Source: an uncultured Gammaproteobacteria bacterium (GTDB lineage Bacteria > Pseudomonadota > Gammaproteobacteria > Steroidobacterales > Steroidobacteraceae). From it: 64,000 nucleotides of DNA. Each line of letters starts with the position of its first letter. Positions within the stretch are counted from its first letter, which is position 1. Of this stretch, positions 47,501-56,069 are shown piece by piece. Location: NCBI GenBank assembly GCA_963838275.1, contig CAWIQV010000023.1, positions 10,730-74,729 on the forward strand, in the 5' to 3' direction. The position numbers were made by a program, and so were the translations under genes. Under the pieces are notes generated by a model. That model did no database searches. It saw nothing but the letters and a program-made list of their open reading frames with translations, and was not told the DNA's origin.

Positions 47501-48564
47501 TCAACCGTTGACGGCGCCGGCCGCGGCGGGCTTTTCGAACAGGTAATGGGAGACGAGCCATTCGCGTCCTTCGCGGTATCCCCACAACTCCGCGCAGGCC
47601 ATGAAGAACACGCGCCAGTAATTCCACCATTTCGCAGCCTGCTGCGGTCCATAGCATTGGCCGAACACCGGCATGATCGCCGCCCGGTGCGCTGTCCATG
47701 TTCGCGAGCCACGCCTCGGCGGTCTGCTGGTAGTGCTCGCCGCCGACCTGCCAGTGCTGGCGCAACCGCAGATCGTCCTGGAAGTACAGCAGCAGGTCGT
47801 CGCTCGGCATGATGCCGCCGGTGAAGAAGTAACGCGCCATCCAGTCGCTGTCGTCACGCACCTCGAACGGATAGGCGTAGCAGCGATGCGTGAAGATATG
47901 CACGAACAGCCTGCCGCCGGGCGCGCAGCCAGCCCGCGATGCGCCGGAGCAGGAGCTGGTAGTTGCGCATGTGCTCGAACATCTCGACCGACACGACGCG
48001 GTCGAACTGCGTGCCGTCCGCGAACTGCAGCACGTTGACGTCGCAGGTCAGGATCTCGAGATTGCCGAGTCCGCGCGCGGCGGCCGTCTCGCGGATGAAG
48101 GCGCGCTGCGAGTGTGAATTGGACACCGCCGTGATCCTGCTGCGGGGCAGAAGCTTCGCCATGTAGAGGCTCAGCGAGCCCCAGCCGCAGCCGAGCTCCA
48201 GGATGCGCTCCCCATCCTGCAGCCGCGCGCGCTCGACCGTGAGCCGCAGCATGCGCTCTTCCGCCTGTGCCAGCCCCGAGGTCCCCGGAGCGAAGTAGCC
48301 GCTCGAGTACTTCAGATGCGGACCGAGCACCAGCTGGTAGAACGCCGCCGGGACCTCGTAGTGCTGCTCGTTGGCGGCCGAAGTCTCTATGGCCACCGGG
48401 CTGGCGCGCAACTGCTCGACCAGGCCCATCAGGCGGGCCTGGTCCTGCTCGGGACCGCCGCGATCTTCCTCCCGCAGGCGCTGCGCCAGCAGTCGACGGA
48501 TACCACGACGCAGCACGGTGTCGGGCACCAGGCCCTTCTCGACCAGGGTCAGCGACAGCTTCAT
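47501..48564 (-). pseudogene. cyclopropane-fatty-acyl-phospholipid synthase-like SAM methyltransferase, two +1 indels
   Basis: ORF 47854..48564 carries the SAM motif ILELGCGWGSL and FEHMRNY. It continues as [20 protein letters not shown]...AEAWLANMD in ORF 47484..47903, then [12 protein letters not shown]...[14 protein letters not shown] in ORF 47501..47857. Shifts at ~47930 and ~47692. Span 1064 nt = 3n+2. Confidence 0.8.
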
Positions 48565-48574
48565 GCCGGGCCTC

Positions 48575-48922
48575 TCAGGGGTTGCGGCGCGACAGCAACA
48601 CGGCCGCGGTATCCGCGCCGCGCAGCGCCGCGATCTCCTTCAGGACGTACGCTGCCATCGCCATGTTGCCGAGAAGCATGATCGCGACGAACCAGCCGAG
48701 GCGGCGCATCCAGCGCTGCTCCTTGTACAGCACCCAGACGTAGAAGGTCAGGAAGCCGCAGTAGGCATCGCATAGCGTCGCGATGGTCCAGGCGCGGTCT
48801 GGAGGCGTGATGAGTCCGCTCCACCGCCAGACTGGCTGCACGCTGCTGGCCCAGCTCGTGACCAGCACCATGCCGGCCAGCACGGCACCGAAGGTGAGTT
48901 GCAGCAGCGTCTTGTAGCGCAT
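48575..48922 (-). CDS. DUF1475-like small membrane protein
   Basis: ORF track, 115 aa, three to four TM segments, 10 nt upstream of the cfa-like gene. Family call is from memory. Confidence 0.55.
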   Translation of the reverse strand: MRYKTLLQLTFGAVLAGMVLVTSWASSVQPVWRWSGLITPPDRAWTIATLCDAYCGFLTFYVWVLYKEQRWMRRLGWFVAIMLLGNMAMAAYVLKEIAALRGADTAAVLLSRRNP

Positions 48923-48990
48923 GGTCTCGAGGCTCGTGGCGGTGGGGACGGGTCCCGGGTGTTGCCATCCCTTACGCCGCGAGAAACTCC

Positions 48991-49027
48991 CCGGATGCAG
49001 GACTTTACAGTATCTTTACGCATCCGG
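48991..49027. promoter_or_regulatory. composite palindrome in the divergent promoter region
   Basis: CCGGATGC-AGGA-CTTTAC-AGTAT-CTTTAC-GCATCCGG. This is an 8-bp inverted repeat enclosing two CTTTAC direct repeats 11 bp apart. It is the only AT-rich patch between the divergent starts at 48922 and 49084. Confidence 0.3.
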
Positions 49028-49083
49028 ATCGGCCGCCTGCGCGTACTACACGCCGTGAGCCACCACCCGAATCGAGCCGCCGC

Positions 49084-50406
49084 ATGGAACGCCGCGCCAA
49101 CATCGCCATCATAGGGTCCGGAATCGCCGGGCTGACGGCAGCCTACCGACTGCACGACCGGCACCACGTGACGCTCTACGAAGCGTCGGAGCATCCCGGC
49201 GGACACACCGCCACGATCGATGTCGAGCTGCACGGGCGCCACTGGGCCATCGACACGGGATTCATCGTGTTCAACGACTGGACCTACCCGAACTTCATCG
49301 CGCTGCTGCAGGAGCTGCAGGTGCCCTGGCAGCGCTCTGACATGAGCTTCTCGCTGCGCTGCGAACGCACCGGCCTGGAATACAACGGCACCTCGATCAA
49401 CCAGCTGTTTGCACAGCGCCGCAACGCGCTGCGCCCCTCCTTCCTGCGCATGATCTACGACATCCTGCGCTTCAATCGCGAGGCCCGGGCGCTGCTGCGC
49501 GAGCCCGGCTCGACCGTCACGCTGGCGCAGTACCTGCACTCCCACGGCTACTGCCGACCGTTCGTGGAGCGCTACCTGCTGCCGATGGGCCGCTCGATCT
49601 GGTCGGTGAGCGAGGCCGCGCTGCTGGGATTCCCGGCCCGTTTCTTCGTGGAGTTCTTCGACCGACATGGGTTCCTGAGCGTGAACCACCGGCCGGTCTG
49701 GCAGGCCATCCGGGGCGGTTCGCGCGAATACGTGCGCCGCATGGTGCAGCCGTTGCGCTCGCAGCTGCGTCTGCGCACGCCGGTGACCGGCGTGCGCCGC
49801 GAGGCCGACCGGGTACTGGTACGCACCCGCCACGGCGACGTCGCGAGCCATGACTACGTGGTATTCGCCTGTCACAGTGACCAGGCGCTCGCGTTGCTGG
49901 AGCAGCCGGTTCAGGCCGAGACGGAGCTGCTCGCGGCATTCGCGTATCAGGCCAACGATGTCGTGCTGCATACCGATACGCGCATGCTGCCGCGCGCGCC
50001 GCGCGCACGCGCGGCCTGGAACTACCACCTGCTGGCGCGGCCGCAGGAGCAGGTCGCACTGACCTACAACATGAACGTGCTGCAGCGCCTGACTGCGCCG
50101 GAGGTGTTCATGGTCACGCTGAACCGCACCGGGGACATAGAGCCCGCGCGCGTGCTCGGCCACTACGTATACCACCATCCGGTGTACACCCCCGCCGCCG
50201 TAGCCGCCCAGGGCCGCCTGGCCGAGATCAATGGCGTCAACCGCAGCTACTTCTGCGGCGCCTACTGGGGCAGCGGCTTCCATGAAGACGGCGTCGTGAG
50301 CGCGTTGCGGACCGTGGAGGCGCTGAACCGGCGCACCGGCGTCGACTCGCCGCTGCTGCCGCGCGTGCCGGAACGGGCGGGCGCCCGCGGAGCCGGCGGC
50401 GCGTGA
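49084..50406 (+). CDS. NAD(P)/FAD-dependent oxidoreductase (amine-oxidase/phytoene-desaturase-like)
   Basis: ORF track, 440 aa. Dinucleotide motif IAIIGSGIAGLTAA. GGHT motif. Confidence 0.85.
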   Translation: MERRANIAIIGSGIAGLTAAYRLHDRHHVTLYEASEHPGGHTATIDVELHGRHWAIDTGFIVFNDWTYPNFIALLQELQVPWQRSDMSFSLRCERTGLEYNGTSINQLFAQRRNALRPSFLRMIYDILRFNREARALLREPGSTVTLAQYLHSHGYCRPFVERYLLPMGRSIWSVSEAALLGFPARFFVEFFDRHGFLSVNHRPVWQAIRGGSREYVRRMVQPLRSQLRLRTPVTGVRREADRVLVRTRHGDVASHDYVVFACHSDQALALLEQPVQAETELLAAFAYQANDVVLHTDTRMLPRAPRARAAWNYHLLARPQEQVALTYNMNVLQRLTAPEVFMVTLNRTGDIEPARVLGHYVYHHPVYTPAAVAAQGRLAEINGVNRSYFCGAYWGSGFHEDGVVSALRTVEALNRRTGVDSPLLPRVPERAGARGAGGA

Positions 50407-51183
50407 AGAGCTGCCTGTACGTCGGGCAGGTGCGCCATCGGCGCTACGCGCCGCGCCACCACGCGTTCCGCTACCGGGTACATATGTGCCTGCTGGACCT
50501 CGACGAGCTGCCGGGGCTGTTCGACCGCTTCTGGCTGTACTCGGCGCGGCGCCCGGCACTCGCCTGGTTTCGCCGCGCCGACTACCACGGCGACGCCGCG
50601 GTGGCCGCTCGGCTCGGCGATCCGCGATACGGTCGCGCGCTCGACCGGCATCCGCCCGACCGGCCCGGTGCGGCTGCTCACGCACCTGCGCTGCTTCGGC
50701 TACTGCTTCAATCCGGTCAGCTTCTACTACGTGTTCGACGCCACGGATACGCGGGTCACGCACGTGGTCGCCGAGATCACCAACACGCCCTGGAACGAGC
50801 GCCACAGCTACGTGCTGCCGACCGACGCGGCGGCGGCGCCGGGACGGCATGCCTGGCACTGGCAGTTCGCGAAGGCGTTCCACGTCTCGCCGTTCCTGCC
50901 GATGGACATGCAGTACGACTGGCGCTGTTCGGCGCCCGGCTCGACCCTGCTCGTGCACATGGAGAACTGGCGCGATGGCGAACGCGACTTCGACGCCACG
51001 CTCACGCTCGTGCGCCGGCCGATCACGCAGCGCTCGCTGCTACTCGCGCTGCTCGCGGTACCGCCGATGACGCTGAAGGTGATCGTGCTGATCTACTGGC
51101 AGGCGCTGCGGCTGGCGCTCAAGCGCATCCCGTTCCATCCGCACCCGCCGCGGGAGGCCCGCTCCACGGCTGGTCCGTCGTGA
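50403..51183 (+). pseudogene. DUF1365 family protein, +1 indel
   Basis: The N-terminus MKSCLYVGQVRHRRYAPRHHAFRYRVHMCLLDLDEL is in the frame of ORF 50403..51857. The rest, PLGSAIRDTVARSTGIRPTGPVRLLTHLRCFGYCFNPVSFYY..., is in the frame of ORF 50668..51183. The junction is GCGGTGGCCGCTC at ~50600. Span 781 nt = 3n+1. Confidence 0.8.
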
Positions 51184-51296
51184 GCTGCGCGTCCTGCGTG
51201 CCGCAGCCCGCGGCGCCATGGTCGCCCGCTATACTGGGACTACCGCGCAGCCTGGCACCGGCCAGTCCCCACAGCACCATCCGCGGCAGGGCATCG

Positions 51297-51857
51297 ATGA
51301 GCGAGGCAATACTGCCCCGGGTCGCACAGGGTGAACAGCAGGCGTTCGCGCAATGCCTGCAGCAGTACGGCGGCCTGGTGTGGGGCATCGCCCGGCGCTT
51401 TTCCCCGACTCGCGCGGATGCCGAGGACGCGGCGCAGGACGTGTTCCTGCACCTGTGGAGAAACGCGCGGCATTTCGATCCGGGCCGCGGCTCAGAGCCG
51501 GTATTCGTCGCGACGCTCGCGCGTCGCGTGCTGATCAGCCGCTTTCGCGGGCGCCAGCGACGTCCCCAGGAAGTCCCGTACGAGGCCGCGCCCGAGGCGG
51601 CCTTCTCGAGCGGACCGCCCGAGGCGGAGACCTGTGCGGAGGCGGCGATCGCCGCGGCTGCGCTGGCGCAGTTGCCGGCCGAACAGCAGCACGTCATCGG
51701 GCTGGCGGTGCTGCAGGGCCTGTCACACAGCGAAATCGCGGCGCTGACCGGCCGCCCGCTCGGCACGGTCAAGACCCTGGTGCGGCGGGGCCTGATGCTG
51801 GTGCGCGAGCGGCTGCGGATCGGCGCCGAGGATCCGGCGGCGGAGGCGCGCCGATGA
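51297..51857 (+). CDS. ECF (sigma-70 family) RNA polymerase sigma factor
   Basis: Inner ATG of ORF 50403..51857. Region 2 DAEDAAQDVFLHLW. Region 4 HTH LSHSEIAALTGRPLGTVKTLVRRG. Confidence 0.9.
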   Translation: MSEAILPRVAQGEQQAFAQCLQQYGGLVWGIARRFSPTRADAEDAAQDVFLHLWRNARHFDPGRGSEPVFVATLARRVLISRFRGRQRRPQEVPYEAAPEAAFSSGPPEAETCAEAAIAAAALAQLPAEQQHVIGLAVLQGLSHSEIAALTGRPLGTVKTLVRRGLMLVRERLRIGAEDPAAEARR

Positions 51858-52702
51858 ACGAGCGCGCCATGCCCAGCGAGGAGCTGCAGGACCTGCTGCT
51901 CGAGCGTGCGACGGCCGGTCTGGATCCGGCGGCCAGCGCGGAACTCGAACGCCTGCTACGCGAGCAGTCCGACACGTCCGGGGCGGAAGCCGAGGCCATC
52001 GAGCGCAGCATCGCCGCCACGATGCTGGCGATGGATCCGCGCCCGGATCCGCTCCCCGACCATCTGGCGGAACGTATCCTCGGTCGTGCCCGGCCCGCCA
52101 CGCCTGCTCCCGTCACCACGCCTGCTCCCGTCACCATGCTTGCGGATCGCCGAGTCCTCCCGCCGCGCGGCGCCCGGCTGGCCTGGTGGAGTGCCGCCGC
52201 GTGCCTCGGACTCGCGCTGGCCGGCTGGTGGCCGCGGCTGTTCGTCGGGCCACCGGCACCATTGGCGGTGCCAGCGGCGGTGCCATCGACTGCGACCCAG
52301 GCCCGAGCCGCGCTGCTGGCAAGCGGCGGCGTGGTGCGCGCCGCATGGACCGCCGGCCCGGCAGCCCCGCCGGCGGGGATCAGCGGCGATGTCGTGTTCG
52401 ATCCGGTCACGCAGCGCGGCTACCTGCGCCTGCGAGGCATTCCCGCGAACGATCCACGCCTGCGGCAGTATCAGCTGTGGATCGCGGACGCGGCCCGCAC
52501 GGAGCCCGAACCCGTCGACGGCGGCGTGTTCGACGTCGATGGGACCACGCTGGCCGCTGGCGGTGACGTGCTGGTTCCGTTCCAGCCCCGGTTGCCGGTA
52601 CGCACGCCCGCGGCCTTCGTCGTGACGATCGAGCAGCCGGGCGGCGTGGTCGTGTCCCGCCAGCAGCACGTACTCGCGCTGGCGAAGGTTCAGGCCGGCT
52701 AG
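51854..52702 (+). CDS. anti-sigma factor, RskA-like (single TM, periplasmic C-domain)
   Basis: ATG overlapping the sigma stop (ATGA). TM segment LAWWSAAACLGLALAGWW. The C-terminal YQLWIADA...PAAFVVTIEQPGG pattern matches anti-sigma-K RskA domains. No HxxxCxxC zinc motif. Confidence 0.72.
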   Translation: MNERAMPSEELQDLLLERATAGLDPAASAELERLLREQSDTSGAEAEAIERSIAATMLAMDPRPDPLPDHLAERILGRARPATPAPVTTPAPVTMLADRRVLPPRGARLAWWSAAACLGLALAGWWPRLFVGPPAPLAVPAAVPSTATQARAALLASGGVVRAAWTAGPAAPPAGISGDVVFDPVTQRGYLRLRGIPANDPRLRQYQLWIADAARTEPEPVDGGVFDVDGTTLAAGGDVLVPFQPRLPVRTPAAFVVTIEQPGGVVVSRQQHVLALAKVQAG

Positions 52703-53958
52703 AGGGCCGCTCCGGATTCGATCGCCGGAGTGCGCAGTCCGCTGGTACGCCAGGTCAGCAGCAGCGCGGCGACGCTGCCGGCGATCACGATCGGCAGCAG
52801 GTCCATCAGCAGCCGGGAGGAGCCGTGTCCGGCCGCCTTGAGTGCACCGCCGAGCATCGGTCCGGCGATGGACCCGATGCGGCCCATCGCCACTGCGGCC
52901 CCGACGCCGATACCGCGGATCGAGGTCGGATACGGTAGCGGCGAGGCGGCATACAGGTAGGCCTGCGAAGCCATCACGGCGCAGCCCAGCAGGAACACGA
53001 CCGGCAGCAGCATCGCGAGCTGGCCCGAAGACTGCGCCAGCAGCACCAGCAGTACCGGCAATGCCACGAACGTCGCGATCACGCTCGGATTGCGCGCGCG
53101 GCCCTCCAGCAGCAGACCGATACCCCAGGCGGCCAGTGCGCCGCCGACGTTGAATCCAATCTGCGCATAGGAGGCCTGCGCATGCGTGAACCCCGAGCCG
53201 AGCAGCAGCGTCGGCAGCCAGTTGAGCAGCAGGTACAGCATCAGCAACCCCAGGAAGAAGCTGATCCAGAGCAGCAGCGTGCCGACCGCGCGTCCATCGG
53301 CGAAGATTGCGAGGAGGCTGCCACGCCGCGGCATCGGCCCGATTCCGGGCACGCCGGCGCCCTGTCGCTGCAGCCGGCGAAATTCGGTGGATTCGGGCAG
53401 CGCGAAGGCCATGACGGGCGCGAGCAGCAGGGGAAGCACGCCGCCGACGACGAAGATCCAGCGCCAGTGCGCAGGCGGCAGCAGCAGGCTGACCAGGCTG
53501 ATCACGCCGCCGCCGAACGGCGTGCCGGCATACACGAGGGTGACGCTCGCGCTGCGCCGATGCTCGGGACTGCTCTCTGACACCAGTGCTACCAGATTGG
53601 GCAACGCGCCGCCGAGCCCCAGGCCGGTGAGCACGCGCGCGACGCTCAACGACGTCAGGTCCCACGCGCAGGGCGTGAGCAGGCAGAACAGCCCGAAGAT
53701 GGCCACCGATGCGACCAGCACGGACTTGCGACCGGCGGTATCGGCCAGCCGTCCGCCGATCAGCGCACCGAAGAACAGGCCGAAGGTCCCGCCGCTGAAG
53801 AACGTGCCGAGCTGGCCGGGGCTGGGCCGGAACTCGGAACCGATGCCGGCCGCGGCGACTCCGGCGGCCTGCAGGTCGATACCCTCGCAGAGCGCTGCCA
53901 GCACGCACAGTGTCACCGCGGTCGCGGCCATTCCGCCGTTGCTGCTCGCGCGCTCCAT
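52699..53958 (-). CDS. MFS transporter (aromatic acid:H+ symporter-like)
   Basis: ORF track, 419 aa, 12 TM pattern. GGRLADTAGRK is the MFS loop 2-3 motif. Confidence 0.85.
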   Translation of the reverse strand: MERASSNGGMAATAVTLCVLAALCEGIDLQAAGVAAAGIGSEFRPSPGQLGTFFSGGTFGLFFGALIGGRLADTAGRKSVLVASVAIFGLFCLLTPCAWDLTSLSVARVLTGLGLGGALPNLVALVSESSPEHRRSASVTLVYAGTPFGGGVISLVSLLLPPAHWRWIFVVGGVLPLLLAPVMAFALPESTEFRRLQRQGAGVPGIGPMPRRGSLLAIFADGRAVGTLLLWISFFLGLLMLYLLLNWLPTLLLGSGFTHAQASYAQIGFNVGGALAAWGIGLLLEGRARNPSVIATFVALPVLLVLLAQSSGQLAMLLPVVFLLGCAVMASQAYLYAASPLPYPTSIRGIGVGAAVAMGRIGSIAGPMLGGALKAAGHGSSRLLMDLLPIVIAGSVAALLLTWRTSGLRTPAIESGAAL

Positions 53959-54106
53959 GGTATCGATCCCCCTCCGGTCCGCGAGACACGACCACCATGG
54001 CCGTCCGCTCGATCCGGCGGCGCGGGCAAGCCGGCGGGCCGGGCAAGCCTGCGGCGCCGGAATCCCGCAAGCTTAACCCGACCGGGCGACGAGCGCCGTC
54101 CTGCAG

Positions 54107-54586
54107 CTAGCCGCCGGCTTCCACCACGTGGATGGCGCCCTCGGTGGCATGCAGGGCGCGATCGATATGCCCGACCGCCCGGTTCCGCAGGCCGCGCACC
54201 ACCGGATCGTCCTCCTCGCGCGCGACGTCGTTGTGCACCTTGCGCAGCAGATCCAGGGCCTGGTGGAGCCGGCCCGGCACATCCCGGGCCACGTCCACGC
54301 CCGGATGGTCGTGAATGTCCTTGCCGTCATCGATCGCGGCGCGCCGGATCTCGCGGATCGCCGCATCGATTTCCGCGATCGCGACGTCTTCCCGGGCACT
54401 GACGGCCGCATCTCCCGGCCGATGCTCCAGGCACCAGCGGGCGGCACGCAGGTCGGTCAGCGCGTGCAGGTAGAACGGATGCTGTCCAGGCAGATCGGCA
54501 CGTGCCGACATGGGCGCCCACAGCAGGGGCAGGACGCCGAGGATGCCGACGGCAGCGAGCCGCACGGGCTTGGGTACAGGATTCAT
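54107..54586 (-). CDS. exported helical protein, unknown function
   Basis: Inner ATG (MNPVPKPVRLAAVGILGVLPLLWAPMSARA) of ORF 54107..54658, 8 nt after AAGGAG. No family recognised. Confidence 0.45.
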   Translation of the reverse strand: MNPVPKPVRLAAVGILGVLPLLWAPMSARADLPGQHPFYLHALTDLRAARWCLEHRPGDAAVSAREDVAIAEIDAAIREIRRAAIDDGKDIHDHPGVDVARDVPGRLHQALDLLRKVHNDVAREEDDPVVRGLRNRAVGHIDRALHATEGAIHVVEAGG

Positions 54587-54663
54587 GCGCATTACTCCTT
54601 GGAGGGGCCAACTGGCTACACGCAACGTACCGCGCGGCGGGCGGTTGACTCCGGGCACGGATC

Positions 54664-55917
54664 TCAGAACGGATAGTTGATGCCGCTGAAGATCGCGAGT
54701 CCCTCCGTACCGTAGCCGAGGTCGACGTATCCGACCACGAACGGCGGCGCGATGCCGCGGATGCCGAGGCCGCCGATCGTATGCAGCCGCGAGAACGGCA
54801 CGGTCCCGGCGCGCGCGAACACGCGGCCGCTGTCGAGGAACGGCGCCAGTTCCAGGTCGACGTGCGTGGCCATCGCATTGAAGGCAAAGACGTTGTGGCG
54901 CACTTCGACCGTTGCGGAAAAGGAGTCGCGGTCGTAGTAGCGTCCCGCGCCGTAGCCCCGTAGCGGCTGCACGCCCCCGATCTCGCTGCGGTCGCCGCCG
55001 ATCGTGCTCAGCGCCCAGAACGGCACGTGGTGCGAGCTGAGCAGGTAGCGCAATGCCGTGTGCGCCGCCAGCACCGTATCGGTACCCAGCGGCACGAAGA
55101 TCCTCGCGTCCACACCGGTCTCGCTGTACGAGTTGTCATTGAGCACGCCGGCGCGACTGGCGATACCGGCGTAGGCGACGACCTGCATGCCGTGCTTCGG
55201 GACCGTGAGGTCGTTGCGGGTGTCGTAGCTGATCGAAATGCGCTCGAGCAGCGAGTGCGAGGTACCGACGCCGGGGATATTGCCATACAGGGTCTGCAGC
55301 GATGGCACCTTGGAGAGTTGCCCGGGCAGCACGTCCACGATCAGGTAGCGGACGGTCTCGCGCAGCTGCCAGGCCGGAGTGAGGTTCAATCCGAGCAGCA
55401 TCTCGATCCGGCCCCGCTCGTCGGTGTAGACGGTCTCGTCGCTGGTGAGCGACCGGTTGCCGAAACCATAGAAGCGCGGCGTGCCGACGCGGCTGTACTG
55501 GGCGCCCACCGCGAATGACCATTCCGACTCGCGCAGGCGACCGGTTTCGTACTCGGCATCGAAGCCGCGCTCGACGCGCTCCTTGAGCCCGCCGGTGATG
55601 GACCACTGCGTGTCGGCCGAGGGGTACGCGAAGATGCGGGCATCGGCACCGTAGCCAAAATAGGGGTTGTGCAGGACATCCGGCGCGATGATGCGCGAGA
55701 TCTGACCCTGGTCGTTGCTCGACAGCCAGACCGGCAGCAGGCCCACGGTCGTGCCGCTGTTCGGATCGGTGCCGATGTCCGGGATCGGTATGATCGGCTC
55801 GTGGACGGGATTGGAAGCAGTGCCGAGCTCGGGCGGGACCTTGCTGGCTTCCTGCGCGTGCGCACCGAGGATCGGCCACGCGGCGCCGATCAGCGTCGCG
55901 AAGAAGACTCGCCGCAC
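54664..55917 (-). CDS. BamA/TamA family outer-membrane protein (surface antigen D15 barrel only)
   Basis: GTG start inside ORF 54664..56742 (VRRVFFATLIGAAWPILGAHAQEA is a signal peptide). RGYGAGRYYDRDS motif. C-terminal GINYPF. Confidence 0.72.
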   Translation of the reverse strand: MRRVFFATLIGAAWPILGAHAQEASKVPPELGTASNPVHEPIIPIPDIGTDPNSGTTVGLLPVWLSSNDQGQISRIIAPDVLHNPYFGYGADARIFAYPSADTQWSITGGLKERVERGFDAEYETGRLRESEWSFAVGAQYSRVGTPRFYGFGNRSLTSDETVYTDERGRIEMLLGLNLTPAWQLRETVRYLIVDVLPGQLSKVPSLQTLYGNIPGVGTSHSLLERISISYDTRNDLTVPKHGMQVVAYAGIASRAGVLNDNSYSETGVDARIFVPLGTDTVLAAHTALRYLLSSHHVPFWALSTIGGDRSEIGGVQPLRGYGAGRYYDRDSFSATVEVRHNVFAFNAMATHVDLELAPFLDSGRVFARAGTVPFSRLHTIGGLGIRGIAPPFVVGYVDLGYGTEGLAIFSGINYPF

Positions 55918-56069
55918 AGCCGCCCCTCCAGTGCCTGCCTGACCATGCGCCGCCCTCAACGGTTTTCGGAGCGCGCAGTGTACGCGGCGGCGCCGGCGGC
56001 AACCACCGCCACCACGGGGCACCCGGTGCGGCGCGGACGGCCAATACCTTCGGTGCGCCTCCCGGACGC

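Noticed and set aside
48991-49030. Rhodobacter sigmaE-type promoter (TGATCC ... TAAGA) reading on the minus strand (cGATCC-N18-TAAAG)
   Set aside because: It is only a loose match. I am not sure of the consensus spacing. The local anti-sigma is RskA-like rather than ChrR-like. It is kept only as an unexplained palindrome.
48748-54070. 736-aa (48748..50958) and 704-aa (51956..54070) minus-strand ORFs
   Set aside because: They are antisense or out of frame relative to the FAD oxidoreductase, DUF1365, anti-sigma and MFS genes, all of which carry clear motifs. The ORFs themselves have no recognisable motifs.
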